Of a stretch of DNA of 64,000 nt, positions 1 to 14,299 are shown one piece after another; position 1 is the first letter of the stretch; each line of letters begins with the position of its first letter. A program made the translations under genes and the position numbers. This DNA comes from Antedon mediterranea (Eukaryota; Animalia; Echinodermata): assembly GCF_964355755.1 (NCBI RefSeq), contig NC_092673.1:7750001-7814000 (forward strand). Direction: 5' to 3'. A model generated the notes under the pieces. It worked only from the letters and a program-made list of their open reading frames with translations, did not search any database and was not told where the DNA came from.

Positions 1-1187
1 CTCTGCCCCCACCCCCCATGGCGTTAACCCCCACCACAACACCACTCAAGTGTAATTCCAGTAATTTTAATTATTTTGATTTTTTACCTTACACATTTTT
101 TTCTTCTATTTTTTCTACTTTTTTCTACTTATCTTGATTCGACACATTTCAACAATTGCCAAGTAGCATAACCGCTGCAAAATCGAACCTTAAACTTACA
201 GATCGATTGCTCCTTTTAAAATGTCTATCTAACCAGGGGCAAGATAGTGTTATATTTCCAAGTCAGCCACTTTAGCTACATCTAGCCTATCTCAAATGAC
301 ACAAATCACATGCGAATTAGCAAAGAATCTGGCTTATTATTACCAACTTGTCAGTGATAACGCCTAAAGAAGCAAAGTCCACTAACGCTGTGTCGTCTGA
401 CCATTTGAATACGTGTACACGGATTGTCTTGGCAATATCAACATCATTATTTGTCTTTTGTTTTCACCATGTTCTATGTAGGCTACTGTACATGAGTTAA
501 TATTGTTTGTGTGATTATATCTAAAGTTTTAAGTACAATTATAGCATCATATGTCAAGTTCAAACACTGTTAAAAAAGAATAACAATAGCACTAATTCCA
601 TACACCTTATTACATGAATATTAAGTTTCACATCACACATGAAATGAACCCAATGTTCTTTCACATGATTTAGTTGCTTTGTATTTTGAAGACAAAAAAA
701 ACACATTGTCTTTGTATGTGAACTGACATGGGCTGAGTACTATACATCCAGTTAATAAAGTTGTCCCTATCTTGGCCATCGGTTAAGTTAATTACTGTAA
801 CCCCAGGATAACAATTTGTGTGAACCAGTGGCCATTTCACCACCATCACACGTAGACTTTATTTAAATTGTTATGCAATAGGGAGAAGAAAAAAAAATTG
901 AAAAAAAAAATTAAGTGAATACCAATAGGGAAATGTTTTATCTACAGTAGGCAAATCTGTTTACACAAATCAAACATTTCTGAACTCTGATTGGTTGTTA
1001 CGCATTTAATTTTTTTTCACAAATACTACCGTTGCAAATACAGCCACAGAGCTTGTTGATGTTTAGCCCTCAAAGATCTGGCCACATTAAAACAATCTTT
1101 CAGTTCATTTATTAACAATAACACATTTGTTTTTTTTATTCAATATCCAATTTATACATATTTTGTATTCATTATTGTGTTTTTCAG

Positions 1188-1330
1188 CTGAAGATCTTAA
1201 TATATTATTTGCTAAGAAAGAAGTTTTACCGGTTATAACAAGTGGGAAATCAACACTGGCAACACAGCTTGAACAGTTTCCACATCAGACCAATAATCCA
1301 TTCTCCGAGTACAGCAGATATGATGGCAAG
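1188..1330 (+). CDS. MAPKAP1: MAPKAP1/SIN1 internal exon, first in window (phase 1 to 0)
   Basis: tttttcag acceptor and aag|gtagtt donor. Encodes EDLNILFAKK...GKSTLATQLEQFPHQTNNPFSEYSRYDGK, similar to human SIN1 [29 protein letters not shown] as I recall it. Confidence 0.93.
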
Positions 1331-1666
1331 GTAGTTTTTCATTCCAATATTATATCACAATGCAGTTAACAAAATACCGTAAAACCATGGGCTTCCTTTT
1401 TGGTTTGTAATCTCGAAAAGAAGCCCATCTGGAGATCACGCCCACTGGTCTTCTTTTCAAGACAGTATGGGTTTCTTTTCAAGACTATTTGAATGTCAAA
1501 AAATACAAATACATTATCGTTAAGAGTTAGTTAGGTTATTGAATGCCAGATAGTACTTCGGGTGAAGACTAATAATGTATGATCAACCAAAAAGTTAAAC
1601 TGTTGTATTCTAGTAATAAGGCAAATAAAATAGATATGAATTTATTTTTACATTTATAAATCATAG

Positions 1667-1839
1667 GCACATGTAGGTTCTGGTAACGTGAAAAAGATTA
1701 ATATTTATTTTACCATGGCGACCGGAGATAACGACCTTCAACCTTTGACTGTGTATGTCCTGTGTTCGGCCAAGGTTCTTGACCTTGTTGGTCTTCTCTG
1801 CTGGCATTATACTAATCAAGGAACACAGGAGCCATTAAG
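1667..1839 (+). CDS. MAPKAP1: MAPKAP1/SIN1 exon, CRIM region (173 nt, phase 0 to 2)
   Basis: tcatag acceptor and aag|gtgag donor. Hand translation AHVGSGNVKKINIYFTMATGDNDLQPLTVYVLCSAKVLDLVGLLCWHYTNQGTQEPL matches SIN1 GHVG..KKIDVY..ARVQDLIGLICWQYT. Not in the ORF track. Confidence 0.95.
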
Positions 1840-3076
1840 GTGAGCCAACAAAATCATGATATACTTTTAGAAAGAACAAATTGCTTCTTGTCAAGAGCAA
1901 GAAAGCAAAAGATATGTACCCAACTTGGGAGCAGTTTTCTGCATTTGATATGCAGATTCGACATAAAGTGAGTCATTTATCTTCGGCGTGACGGTGTAGA
2001 ACATACTAAAACAGATTAAGTGTAACCCGTTAATTAATATTCTCTTTGCTTAGAAAGGTTGAGGATCGGTCAGTGGAAATCGAAGTTAACTGTTATGTTT
2101 GTCTCATGAATAGTCGATGCTGTTTTTGTCTGTATTTCTCATTCACGCTTTATGTAACCTTATGTAACGAGAATGAAAACTGTATAAATGGGTTTCTTCT
2201 ATCTATAGAGGATAAAGCATTTAATTTAATTAGTGGTGGTAAAAGATTTAAATTAATTTATGAGACAATTTTCATTAGATATCTACCTATATATCCATTT
2301 GGGTTCAACTTGTTAGTAGTTATGTTCACACGTTTTTTATAACAAAAGGATACTGCGAATTATCTTGGAGGTGATTTTTTGACAATTCAAGATTAATGAT
2401 GTATTTTTACATTATAAAATTGCATAGTTTGTTACGTTTATTGTTTTTATTTGATTTCAATGAGAATTGTCTTTTTAAATGATTAATACCAGCATAGTGT
2501 TTTATTAACATTCATTTGTTGAATGTATGTTGTGGGTGGATAGTTTACTTTCAATGTAATTTCCACTACTTGATAATTCTACACAAAGCAAAATTTAGGT
2601 ACGTACTGGAATCGATAGAAAAAGCGGCAAAATCTAGTACATACATCAACGCATTCCTTATCTTCACTGACCATTGATTGGGTAAATATGAAAGGTAAAT
2701 TTCATATTGCACCCATTCAGCCAACATTTGTGTTTTCGTGTCGAGGAAAGGAAGGTGCACAGCATGTTTTGTGTTGACTGCGCTACATCTATATTATGAC
2801 AGAATCTAAAATTAAACAGAAGAATAGGAAGTTTCTTTAAATTATTTAACTTCCTTGAGATGATTTTAGAATCAATTAGTCGTGTTTGACATACAGTATC
2901 GTTGTATGTCGTAACATGTTGTCATATCTCGGGACCTAAGTACGTATCTTTATTAGGATTGTTGGATTTCATTTAGTTCTGTGACAATCACATTCACAGT
3001 CAATGATGGAAATATATCATGTCTTTTAACACATTCATGTGTAAAAACAGACACAACATTTTGTCATTAATATACA

Positions 3077-3374
3077 TACAATAATGTGACCAACTTGTTA
3101 AAGCTCTGCTTTTTTTCACGCTGCTGCTCTAGCCCGCTACGTCCCATTAGGAAATTACTCAATCAGAAGCTAAAGCAAGCAGCAGTTATAGTTCTAAGGA
3201 CGACAGTTTTGCGAAAATGGAAACTCTACAATAATGTGACCAACTTGTTAAAGCTCTGCTTTTTTTCACGCTGCTGCTCTAGCCCGCTACGTCCCATTAG
3301 GACTACTCAATCAGAAGCTAAAGCAAGCAGCAGTTATAGTTCTAAGGACGACAGTTTTGCGAAAATGGAAACTC
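3077..3374. repeat. Tandem duplication of about 150 bp inside an interspersed repeat
   Basis: tacaataatgtgacc...gaaaatggaaactc occurs at 3077-3226 and 3227-3374. The copies differ only around aggaaattact/aggactact. Confidence 0.95.
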
Positions 3375-4890
3375 CACTATAATTTATTGATTCCAGCTAC
3401 TACAGTAGACCCAAAAAACGTCTGGGAAAAGAGTCTATTGGGACATGTCATGCTAAAATTACAAATCCCAAAGCATTTCTGGTACTGTCAGATATTAATT
3501 GAATTATTATCAAAACAGTCCATTAAAGTTTGTGTTTGTAATAGGATACTTCACACTTGAAATATCTAGGATGATGAAGTGACCCCCAGACTTGACCTTA
3601 GCAATAAAATTAACTAAAGTGACAGAAATTGAGTATTTAAAAAAAAAAAAATATTTATTCACATATAAAAAGAGAAAAAAAAACCCAAAACCATTGTCTG
3701 ACAGACAATTTAAGTATTTGTTGCTTTTAATTACATTTTTTTCAGCTAAAATAACTATTATGTGACAATAAAATGACACATTAAAAAACATTTGAAATAA
3801 ACAATATTTTTCAATAAGCGAGCAGCGTTTTTTTGTAAGAAATATTTCTTGTTTTACTGTACCTTAGTGGTATGCCCAAATATGGTAGTGATATGACATC
3901 ATGTCCATTTATGGGCACATCACATTTTTTTGTCACATAAAGTTTGATAGACAGAGCTTTATAAGCCTTGTTTAAAACATATTGCCCTTTATTTCATTTC
4001 ACAGGAAAGTGTCAACTAGAGGGGTGTCTTTTGAATATGCCTTGTGTTAAAGCATATTTTTCACCTTGTTTGTTTCACACGAAGTGTCCCCTTAATAGAG
4101 GTGTCCCCTGAATATTGACATTCCAAAGGAGGGGGTCTACTGTGAATGTTTGAAAGAATGTTCAGAGTATTTTATTAAGACAACTGTCATTGTTTGTGTG
4201 AGAAAATGTTTTAAAGATACTATCCCCACATTTTTTTGATCTAATTAAAACTGCATTTTATTTTAAAATATAATATATTATTATATATATATGAGTCTAT
4301 ACTATTGTGATTATTCTAATACTAAAATGTATCACGTTCCTATTACAAAATATCAACAATTGAAGAATAGTGTCTTTAACATATACATTTGTTCAAACAT
4401 AAGAATTGATTCACTGCTTAGGACTTTGTTTTATCACAAGTTGGTAACAAAAGTGCAGTCAGGTAATTTACTGTCTCCCTCAGCACTCTAATAAATTCAC
4501 CTCACAAATAAAATATAATGTGTAAATCACAGCCTGCTCTGTATATTAGTTTGTATCTTCAGCAACACAGAGGAAGAGTTTGATTTACTCATTTGTCTGA
4601 TAAAATTCTCTTATACGACTAACAAAACAGGGTAGAATTACTTTGTTGTTGGGAATAAAAGTCTACCATAATTCATCAACAAATTATATAAGGAAAGATT
4701 TACTTATTCTGGTAATAAAAGTCTAATGAAACAAAAAAACAATTGGTTTTTTCATATATCACCAGTAAGTACATAAACAAGATTTACTTTTCTTGATCCT
4801 TGTTTCTAAAGAAAACAAGACCCTTTTGGGTCCTGAGGTTCTTTGATTGAAAAAGATTTACTTTGTTTTGGTAATAAAGGTGTAATTTAA

Positions 4891-5535
4891 AGGCACAGTA
4901 CAGGTATGAATTTTAGATAGATATTTTTCAGTAGTTAGGTAGTACCAATGTAATACCATACCAGTTGTTGGGTATGGTGGACAATTTTTGTTATAGCACG
5001 AAATATTTATTTTTTATATTTCTTACAAAAAACGCTGATCGACATTTTAAAATTAATCATTGTTTTTCAGACATATTTATGATTAATTATTAAAAAGATG
5101 TCCTTTATTCGCAAAAATACATACAAATCAAAGATAGTTCTTTTTATAATTATGAATCTCATGCCCATTTAAAAATGGTCAATTTTGAACTTTAGTGTTC
5201 TGTATGTGTGTGTGACCTCAGCCTGTAGGCATGCAATTGAATACCCTCTAGAGACAATGTGACTTCACGGCGGTACAAGTGTGAACATTCTTCCCAATCT
5301 GTTGATTCGCGTCAACCAATAAAAGGGCGAGAATCCAGAATTGTTCAACCGTGAGCCCTCATAGACTCGCTTTTCCCAGACATGTTTTGGGTCCAACAGC
5401 TGGTATCTATAAATTATAGTCAAGTTTACAAAGTCGCAAAACTATCGGCCTTAGATACTATAACTGCTGCTTGCTTTAGCTTCTGAATGAGTAGTCCTCA
5501 TGGAACATAGCTGGCTAGAGCAGCAGCGTGAAAAT
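4891..5535. mobile_element. Probable non-autonomous DNA transposon fragment (TTAA-AGG left end, Kolobok-like)
   Basis: Begins ttaa|aggcacagtacagg. About 5361-5534 is a diverged reverse complement of 3263-3437, so the sequence is interspersed. No right TIR found. Confidence 0.5.
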
Positions 5536-5653
5536 CTGTTGTTACCCATACGTCTAGCGTACACAAAACTTGTAACAATATTTACGGTATTAGGATTATT
5601 TGACACGTCAGGTCGAGTTTAAATTTCAATTGTCAGATCAGTGAAAACCTTAA

Positions 5654-6201
5654 AGATGTATTGTCCCTTTGACTAATTCCAAAAAAATAAAAAATAAAAG
5701 ATTTAGAAAAAAGGTGGCTCATTTTGAAGTATCATAATAATTATTAACTGTCACCAAAAACTTTTCGAAAAAAAAAATCTTTTAACTGAAATACAGACGT
5801 TTTTTTTGTTAAAAAAATAACTTTGACTTCCAGTCAAAGTTTTCGATAAAAACATATCCCATAATGAAACGCGCTTGTTAGGCTACTCTGTATCCATAAT
5901 AATAAAACTTCCTTATGATCCGTGTGAAAATACCTTCTCAACCATGACAAGTTGTAAACAATCCTAATTAACGTATGCATAATGCGTACTCATGGTTTGA
6001 AATCTTTGTTTACTTTCGCTCGCGATGATTTTCCAGATGAAATGTAATCAAACTAATTTACCTGTTAATTACGTAAACTTGTTGTTTTTAGCTCGAATTT
6101 TCGACTTAAAGTGAATAACTTTAATATTACTTTGATATGGCCACTTTAAATTTAGAATATTTTGACCTTCATTTTTTTGTGTTTCAAGGGACAATACATC
6201 T
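5654..6201. mobile_element. MITE with TTAA TSD (Kolobok-like), copy 1
   Basis: TIR agatgtattgtccctt / aagggacaatacatct, with TTAA at 5650-5653 and 6202-6205. Full-length paralog at 46856-47394. Confidence 0.9.
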
Positions 6202-8098
6202 TTAAGTTTAAATATGGTCAAATGCAATACCTTTGTAATCCAATAAAGAGGTTTGTTTGGTTAATTAGAAAATGTATTCAATGTATCAAATTTTTTAACA
6301 AAAGAACAAATTAATGTTCTTTGGCGTTGATTCGTATTGTTTAAATTGACATAGTTTGCCTTTCCATTCATTTCATGTCACACATAGATTTCTTATCATA
6401 CTAGCTACTGTTGAATTTATTACTTTCTTTCAGGGTGAGAAAGGAAGATGTTAATATAATAAATTTACAGCATGTTTCTTGTCAACACTTATTGTTCACT
6501 TTGATGGGCTCATTGGAATCGCTCTCTGAACAATCAAAATTTATGAAATGTGATTCTCCTGCCCGCACGTTCAGTCAACACACTCATTGTTCATCATATG
6601 ACACCTATCAATAATACGACTATTATATATTCATTTCAACAAATCATTTTTTAAAGTGTTCATAATATTAGATGATTTTTGCAATTATTCCTTCAATCAT
6701 CTCTTGGTTAATTACACAGGTAATCAAGCGCTTTATTAATTCAATCAATAGATCAATCATTATAAATATTCATTCAATTTCATTAATATTTATCACTAAT
6801 GAAAATATTTATCCAATACTGTAATTATTTTCTTATTATGGTCATCAATCATTTTCTTAAATACATATTCTTTTGTCATCAATGTTTGTCGTGTTGAATA
6901 AAGGTAGTTTTTGCATTCAATTTCATTGTTGAATAATCCTTCTATCTAATTGACTAATATCTATTCAATAGTTTGTGATTTTAAAATGCCCTAGACACTT
7001 TTTCTTTTTTTTTCATGGTGCTAATTGACTGATTCAGGTATCAACCCACCCAATGTTCTTGAACACGAAATTGGACCCAGGACTGAAATGTTAAGACATT
7101 TTCCTACATTTTTAGTCTATTTTAAGGTCGCAACCTACATTTTTATGTATAAATAAATCCTATATGGGTCTACGAATATGAAAAATAAGTAGATTATAAT
7201 AATCTAAGCAACACAGTATAAATTACCGGCATACATGCTGCACAGATATTTTCATTTGGCTTCTGATTTCAATAGTCAATCATTAAGAAGAAAAAATACA
7301 GGAAGATGCGTCAACTTTTCAGCAAGAATACAGGGACTTTCCCAATTTGTATTAACAGATTATTTATATATAATATAAATCAATTAATTCACAAACACAA
7401 CAACACAATGATACAGTAGGCCTATCTGTAGCTAAGGTACGATGTTCGTACATTCCCGATGTTAATAGGCTATGAGTACAAGTAGACTACAAACTAGACT
7501 GAGTCTAGTCGCACCAAACTTACATTGTTCTCGTATTATGTCAATTAACCATAGAGCGTACATTTACTACAAGGCTAAAATTACCTGTATAGTCCTATTT
7601 GCATTATTTTTACAAATGTCTAAAATTGCAGGGAAGTGTCATTAACCAAGTGGTCCTCTCCACAATATTGTCCAGTTGCAAAATATTGTCAAAATTAACA
7701 GGTTTCAAAGTACCGTGCGGACAAGGGCTTTGCTTCAGTAAATTTTACTGCTATTGTCACTGAAGTCCTTTATAAGAACCTGTTCTTGATATCCCTGACA
7801 TTAACCAATATCGGCAGGTGTTCCTACAGCTGGCCATTAACAGGTGGCCTATGAGATCAGTTCCTAATTTGATAATTGTCAGCTGTTTCTATATTGTTCG
7901 GGATGGTAAATGTAAAATTATTTGTTAAAATAATTGTTTTTTATAATTGTTATTGATGTTTGTCAAGAAAATTAATACATTATTATATTATTTAATTTTC
8001 ATTAAAAAACTTTTCAATACATAATTTATTAATTGTAATTGCTGCAAGTGACTTGAAGTGAAAAGAAATAAACATTACATTTTTTTATATGTTAAATT

Positions 8099-8345
8099 AA
8101 GTGGCCGAGAGGTTTAAGCCACGGCCGATAAAGAGGTACATGTTCAAGCATCTTCTATATCTGGTGTAGAATAGGTATTCTTGGATAAGGAGGTCCAGTG
8201 GCTTCTGTGCACTTTAAGAACAAAGTGCATCTCTCAGAAGAGTATGGGTTACCAGTGCACTGGTTCACCCTGTCCCTGTCGTTGACAGAAGAATGAGCTC
8301 CATTTGGTTGCCACTGCATCTAGTCCACTGCATTTCAGATATAAA
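8099..8345 (+). mobile_element. Old SINE with Deu/Nin-like central domain
   Basis: Box-A-like agtggccgagagg and core gcactttaagaac..gtgcatctctcagaagagtatgggtt..agtgcactgg. Related cores at about 10010-10055, 14325-14360 (-), 30145-30190 and 50225-50280 (-). Confidence 0.55.
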
Positions 8346-9884
8346 ACGCATTATTTATTATGAAGCACCCTGCTATATAAGCAACATATTTACATACCAT
8401 CAGAAAAAGAAAAAAAAACTTTTACTATATGTATTGTAGGTTGACATACAGTACAAATTGGGTCAAGTTTAATGTGTTATATATTTACTGTCATTTGATG
8501 TCATGTGGTATAGCAACCCAACACAATGCATTCTCCACTACGTTTGAATAGAACCTAGTATGCCTAAAAAGTATTTTAAAAAGTTCTTTATAGTTTTTTT
8601 TTTCAATTCTATAGGGACCTCTCTTATTAATGTTTTTCCGCACTTTCCTAAATTCTCCTGGCATTTTCCAAGTTGGTACAGGGTGTGCTCGCTTACCCTC
8701 TAGTAAGTATACACATATGGTTTTTCGAAACTTTTATAATGTCTGTGGAAATACATTACACATATGTGATAGGATGCATGCCACAAGCGTTCGCAAATTA
8801 TAATAAAGTATAAATAAATTATATTAAATAATAATAAATTATTTACTAAAAAAAGCTAATTGAAAAGTTTTTCTGAAAATTTTTGTATAAAACACTGAAA
8901 ATCATGTTACTAAACAAACTAATTATTTTTTTTAATAGTAATAATATAGATAAATTTAATTGGCATTAATAACAAAATTTATGAAGCAAAGTTTGTCCTC
9001 TATCGACCAAACTCGGGTATTAAGCAGCCACCTTTTACATAAGCAGACAATTTTTTGGGTCAAATTTTATGAAAATTTTAATGTTATCTCAAAAGAAACC
9101 AAAATAGTAAAAATAAAATAATAATACTGGTACAAATAAACAGTTTTTATGGTAAAATATAAAAATGGGTCATTCGATAATATATAATTTAAAACATTGT
9201 AGTGCAGGATCAATTTCAGTAGTGGATCCTGGATTTTGACTTTAAAAAAGGCCTTTCCAAGTGTTTTGTGTAAAATGTAATTTTTATTGACTGCATTATA
9301 TTTATGGATACACTTGATGTTAATAAAAGTAGATTAGTTAAATCAGCAGGTTCAAATTGGGAATTAGGTTAACGATGGGATAAACTGATAATAAAATCAG
9401 TTGATACTACCCAGTATTCTGTTTTCCCCAGTTTTAAAACTAACCGAAATCAACTAAATGAAGGGGAAAAAACGTTTTAGGATGTTTATTTAAATTATTA
9501 TTGGTCTTCTGTCCTTGTTTTCGGCAATTGAATTATCCAGCAATAGATACATTAACCTAAATTTACATCCTGAACGAGCTTGGCTGCGTTGTACGACATT
9601 TTTACTTGTTGAATTTCTGTTATGTTTTGCTTTTATGCTGTCTTATCTATGAGCTGTTGACAGAAGCCAGACCATCCTGTTAAAGTTATTTTGATTGGCT
9701 ATTCATACAGTATAATATAAGAAAATATTCATGAGCATTGAAAGATCGGAAAGGTCATACTATGTCAAACAATGTTTAATTAACGAACACAAAAAACATA
9801 ATTTTTCAAACTTTCATTATCTTTAGTTGAATGTAAAGTGCAAGTTGTTCTATATCAAATAAACGTTTAAAATTAATAAAGCGA

Positions 9885-10085
9885 GTCAAATGGTCGAGCA
9901 GTTATTACATGAGCGCTGTATATCGTACCTTATGGGATTGAGGCCGACTCGCTTCTGGCTTTGGTTGTGGAACAAGAGAGTATAAACCGTAGGTCCCTTG
10001 TACACATGGAACCCAGTTCATCATTTAGGATGAGTAGGAGTTACTCCGGTGAACTCGGGATTACCACCTATCTGATAGGACATCA
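9885..10085 (+). mobile_element. Old SINE with Deu/Nin-like domain
   Basis: tggtcgagcagtt head; ataaaccgtaggtccc...gaacccag...gagtaggagttactccggtg core. Confidence 0.55.
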
Positions 10086-10577
10086 GTGATTAATTTACTA
10101 TTGGCCATGTGCCTATATAAGGACATGAAATAAAAAAATAATATTATTAAATACATAATATTTGTTACAAATGATTAACATTTTCACTAAGCGAAAAAAC
10201 CATGGGGGCTGTGGTGGTGGTGGTAAGTTTTCCAAATATTTTTCATTATTACTGGTAGTAATTTTAAAAAGGAAAAAACAGGGGGTTAAAACTATAGTCT
10301 CTATTGACAGGAATATGTATACAGTATACACATCACTATAATATAATGTTTTTTTTTCTGAAATTTCATTATTAGTATCATTCATCAACTTGTCAAAACA
10401 ATTTATATTGAAAATTTAGTATCCAATTTGATAGACATATTATATGTTATATATGAGACATGCCAGACCTCATCTATACTCTTATAACATGTCCAGCATT
10501 TACTATCCTGAAACAATCGAGTCACTTATAAAACTATGTTTATGTGTGTGAATTGCTATAGTGGGAATCAAACTTAA

Positions 10578-11442
10578 AGACCCATTCCCTATAATTGTTG
10601 ATGTTTTGTAAAAATAATATTTTATTGATTACTTTTAAAACATTAAACCAGGTCATTCCATGTCTTAAAGATGTATTGTCCCCTGAAAAATAGCTTTTAG
10701 AATAATTTTTGTTGAATATGCTATTTTAATGTCACATAATAATATCCACTTTGACCAAAAATTGGATTTAAAAAAATGTATTTACCTGATAAAACTATAA
10801 TTTAAAGCAAATACTGGTCATATTGGCTGCCAGCCAATAGATTTTTGGTTGAATAACCATTTATTATGTTATTTTATAAGTGAAAACATCATTTTTTTCA
10901 GGGTTTTTTTTTCTATGAAAGTGATTACCTTTATTAAAACTACAAAATAACCTATTCAAAGTCTGATTTAATTAATCTTCATTTTTCATGTTTTTGGGGG
11001 ACAATACATCTTTAAATGTATGATGTAATGTATGTAAATTATGATAAAAAAAACAATGAACTACAAAGTAGTAGTATTAGTAGTTCTTTTGGACGGTCTT
11101 TAGGCCTAGCCTAGCTAGGCTTAGTTTTGTAGGCCTACTGGTATGGTAAACAGCAGTAATATATGAACATTGTACATTAGCTGTAGGCCTAGCCTGATGT
11201 TTTCTAGTTGCTTCATTAATTGTCTTTCTGTTTTTTCCAGAATCCGTTTTTGACAATTTCAAGGAAACCCGGTATTTTCACTGAAAAGTTAAAATTCTTT
11301 CATTTGTTTTCTCATTGCATGTTGGGATTTATAGCAGGCCACTTAAATTATTAGAATCTACTTATTTTTCACATTTTTAGCTGAAGGACCATATAGTATT
11401 TAAATGTAGTTTGTGACCTAAAAAAACATAGGGAGTGGGGAT
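10578..11442. mobile_element. Older TTAA-flanked element hosting the 10669-11011 MITE
   Basis: Imperfect TIR agacccattcccta / tagggagtggggat (11/14 match) with TTAA on both sides. Homologous uninterrupted partial copy at about 60869-61120. Confidence 0.7.
10669..11011. mobile_element. Shorter MITE sharing the agatgtattgtccc TIR, TTAA TSD, nested in another element
   Basis: ttaa|agatgtattgtcccc ... ggggacaatacatct|ttaa. Degenerate relative at about 27391-27646 and an end fragment at about 50683-50722. Confidence 0.88.
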
Positions 11443-13777
11443 TTAATTGCACAATAGCCTAACTGTGGTAAGCACCTAAACAGCAGAACCCCTCATTTGA
11501 TGCATCTCTGTCTAGAGGACACCCTTGTGAAACAAAGAGCATATATGCTTTAGCACTGTTCAGGTCATACCTCTATTAAGGGGACACTTTTTGGGGTATA
11601 AAAGATGTCCCTTTATATAACTATATTTACAAATTTTAAAACAGTTATTTTGTCTTTTTCATGATGTTTTTCTACTATGATCTAGTTCATAAACCTACCT
11701 GTTAATAATTTTATTCTCCTCTGGGAATATTCATTTCCTTTCCCTATTATAGCTACCCACCAATCCTAACTCGGATTAATCATCTCAAGTGTACATAATA
11801 TAATAGACAATTTCCACTTATAATATTTGCAAAGTATCTTTCAAACCTCTTAAAACGAATGCTATAATAAATCTATTTATGGTATCTCAGTTTTGTACCT
11901 TTTTTATCTTTAGATTTGAATCTTTTTCTAATAATAGTAATACAGTTTTATAAAGTTTTGAAAAAACATTTTAAAAAAATCATTAAAGCTTCAATCAAAC
12001 CAAATATTTAATGTTAATTCAGTGTTGTACCTTCTTCAGACTTGAATCTAAACAAACAAATAAAACAGTCTTTATTGTTTTCTGTCAAAAATACAACCTG
12101 AACCTGAAAACCATTGTGGTAATATTTTAAATTTTTTTTATATTTTGAACCAACATTGTAGAATGCCCACTACAGTTGTCTACAATAAAGAAAAGTCTAC
12201 AGAAAACATGAGAAATCAAATGAAGGGGTTTTCAGCAGTGATTACGACCAAGGACATTAAAGTAATATATGGAACAAGATTACATTTAAAGAAGAGACAT
12301 TTATACAGATAAAATAAGTCCAGTTATTTGCTCTTCTTTGGATTGGACATACTGTATATATATGTTCAACGTTTGTTAAAGCAGTTTGTGATATTTTGGA
12401 TAAACTCGAGAGCTCTTTGTAATTTGGGAGAAAGTTGAAGTCCAGTTCGGTCTTTTAATGTCTTTTCCCACTCTGTTTGGTCATTTAAGAAGATAGAACT
12501 GGACTTTCTCAAAAATTATATAATATCCATGCATATTTTTACAATAATGTTATTAATGTTAAATTTTCAATCCTGCAAACAAAAATGTAACACAAAACTT
12601 AAATAATGTGACAATGATATATTCCACTCATGTATCTTTCTACGGCCCTGCGACCTGTTGCAATGATGAATGTCATAAACTAGTACTCTATATTGAGATA
12701 AATCTCTTAAATAATTGAGAATCAAAATACATTTTAATACAAAAAGCGCCCTTTACACTTTTCCCATATCATTCATAACTGAAATTATTTTATTATAAGT
12801 GATAGTTTCTAGAACATTACTTTTTCATTATCAAAGTTTGAGTTACTGAGAATCTGTACCTGTGGCAAGACAGGTGCCTTATATACCTACGGGCAGAAGT
12901 TTCAAACTGTAATCATATTTTTTAACTTTGTAGTCAAAGTTATCTCCTCATTGCTGTTGCCTTTGGCATTCAAATGATCAATTATGTAAAAAATGGGAAG
13001 AAAATAATGAAATATCAATATTTCTAACGATGTTGATTACTAAAGGATTTGACTGTGTTTCCACCTATTGGCTCATTTTCCACAGCCAATAGAATTTGAG
13101 TCCATTTGTAAGAGTCGAATTTGAATACTGCAGTTTTGTTATGTTGTTGTGTATGGTGGAATTAGAGTTGCTCAATAGATAATAAATGTCTACAGTAATA
13201 TATTTTCCGAAAATAATTCTTGTTTCAAAAATGAATCTGGAACTTTCTTCCTCTTGTCAGATTTTGTCAAACAATGAAAGAAACTAAAAAGAAAGAAAAA
13301 AAGTCCAAAAAACAACTGAGTGGACAAAATATAGAAAGATTTAAAAGGAACAAATAACACAATAACAAACCATCCTGCCCAATACAAAGAAATATTGAAA
13401 CAAATTGTGGAAAGCGTAATGTCAGAAGATGGACAATTTTAAGAAGAGAGACTTCTACTTGACTTTTATTTGTTTGGTGGTGCTCATAAATGCCATAAAT
13501 AGAAAATATAACTGATGTTAACAAAAGTATTTTTAGTGGTCAATTTACTTTAAGATCTGAACTTTGACATGACCCTATAAAATGTCAAAACAAATATTAA
13601 AAAAATTGGAAAATGAAATGCCTCAATGTTGCAAAAAGGTTTTATCTGAACTATTGGTTAAGCCAAAACAGTAAAATAAATAATTTAGATACAACAAAAT
13701 AGTAAACAAAATCTCTAAAAAAATTATAATATAAATATTGTTTCTGGTAATATTAATATTTACATGTTTAATTTCAG

Positions 13778-13960
13778 TGAGGAGGTAGAATCATATTGTT
13801 TGATGATCGCAGAGGAGGATGGAGAAGTGGATACCGACTTTCCCGCATTAGATAATAGAGAACTTATAGCACGATTTGGATTCCCATCACTTGCCCTTGT
13901 CGAGTTAAACCCACAAACAGAAAAGACAAGTCAGAAAACTGATGATGTTGTTGTAAATAT
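13778..13960 (+). CDS. MAPKAP1: MAPKAP1/SIN1 exon, CRIM core (183 nt, phase 2 to 2)
   Basis: tttcag acceptor and at|gtatgt donor. Encodes [37 protein letters not shown], the SIN1 hallmark [13 protein letters not shown] motif. Confidence 0.97.
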
Positions 13961-14299
13961 GTATGTATATAATATTTTAACAATCTTTGTTCTATTTGTT
14001 GAAGTAGTAATATTTTAAACTTGTTATGGGTTAAAACAATACATATATTTTTATTAGAAAGAGAGGTATTTATTTTGATGTTTTGGAAAACACTGTATGT
14101 GAAGCTGATAGATTTACATATATACAATCAAATGCAATAACATACAATAAAAAAGGCTTTGTAGTGTTGGAAAATTACCCCTTTTTAGATTTAATAAACA
14201 TATAATTTTATTTTTATTTTATTCATTTGGCATGTCAACTGGGGAGTTGCAAAAACCTAATGTCGGCCAAAGAACGTGCAACTCCCTAATGATAACTTA

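Noticed and set aside
1960-2960. CpG-richer stretch with ORFs 2046-2342 and 2566-2760
   Set aside because: No recognisable protein motif, splice-compatible exon or terminal repeats; cannot be assigned.
3086-3560. ORFs 3086-3382 and 3357-3560
   Set aside because: They arise from a tandem duplication of a non-coding repeat and show no recognisable domain.
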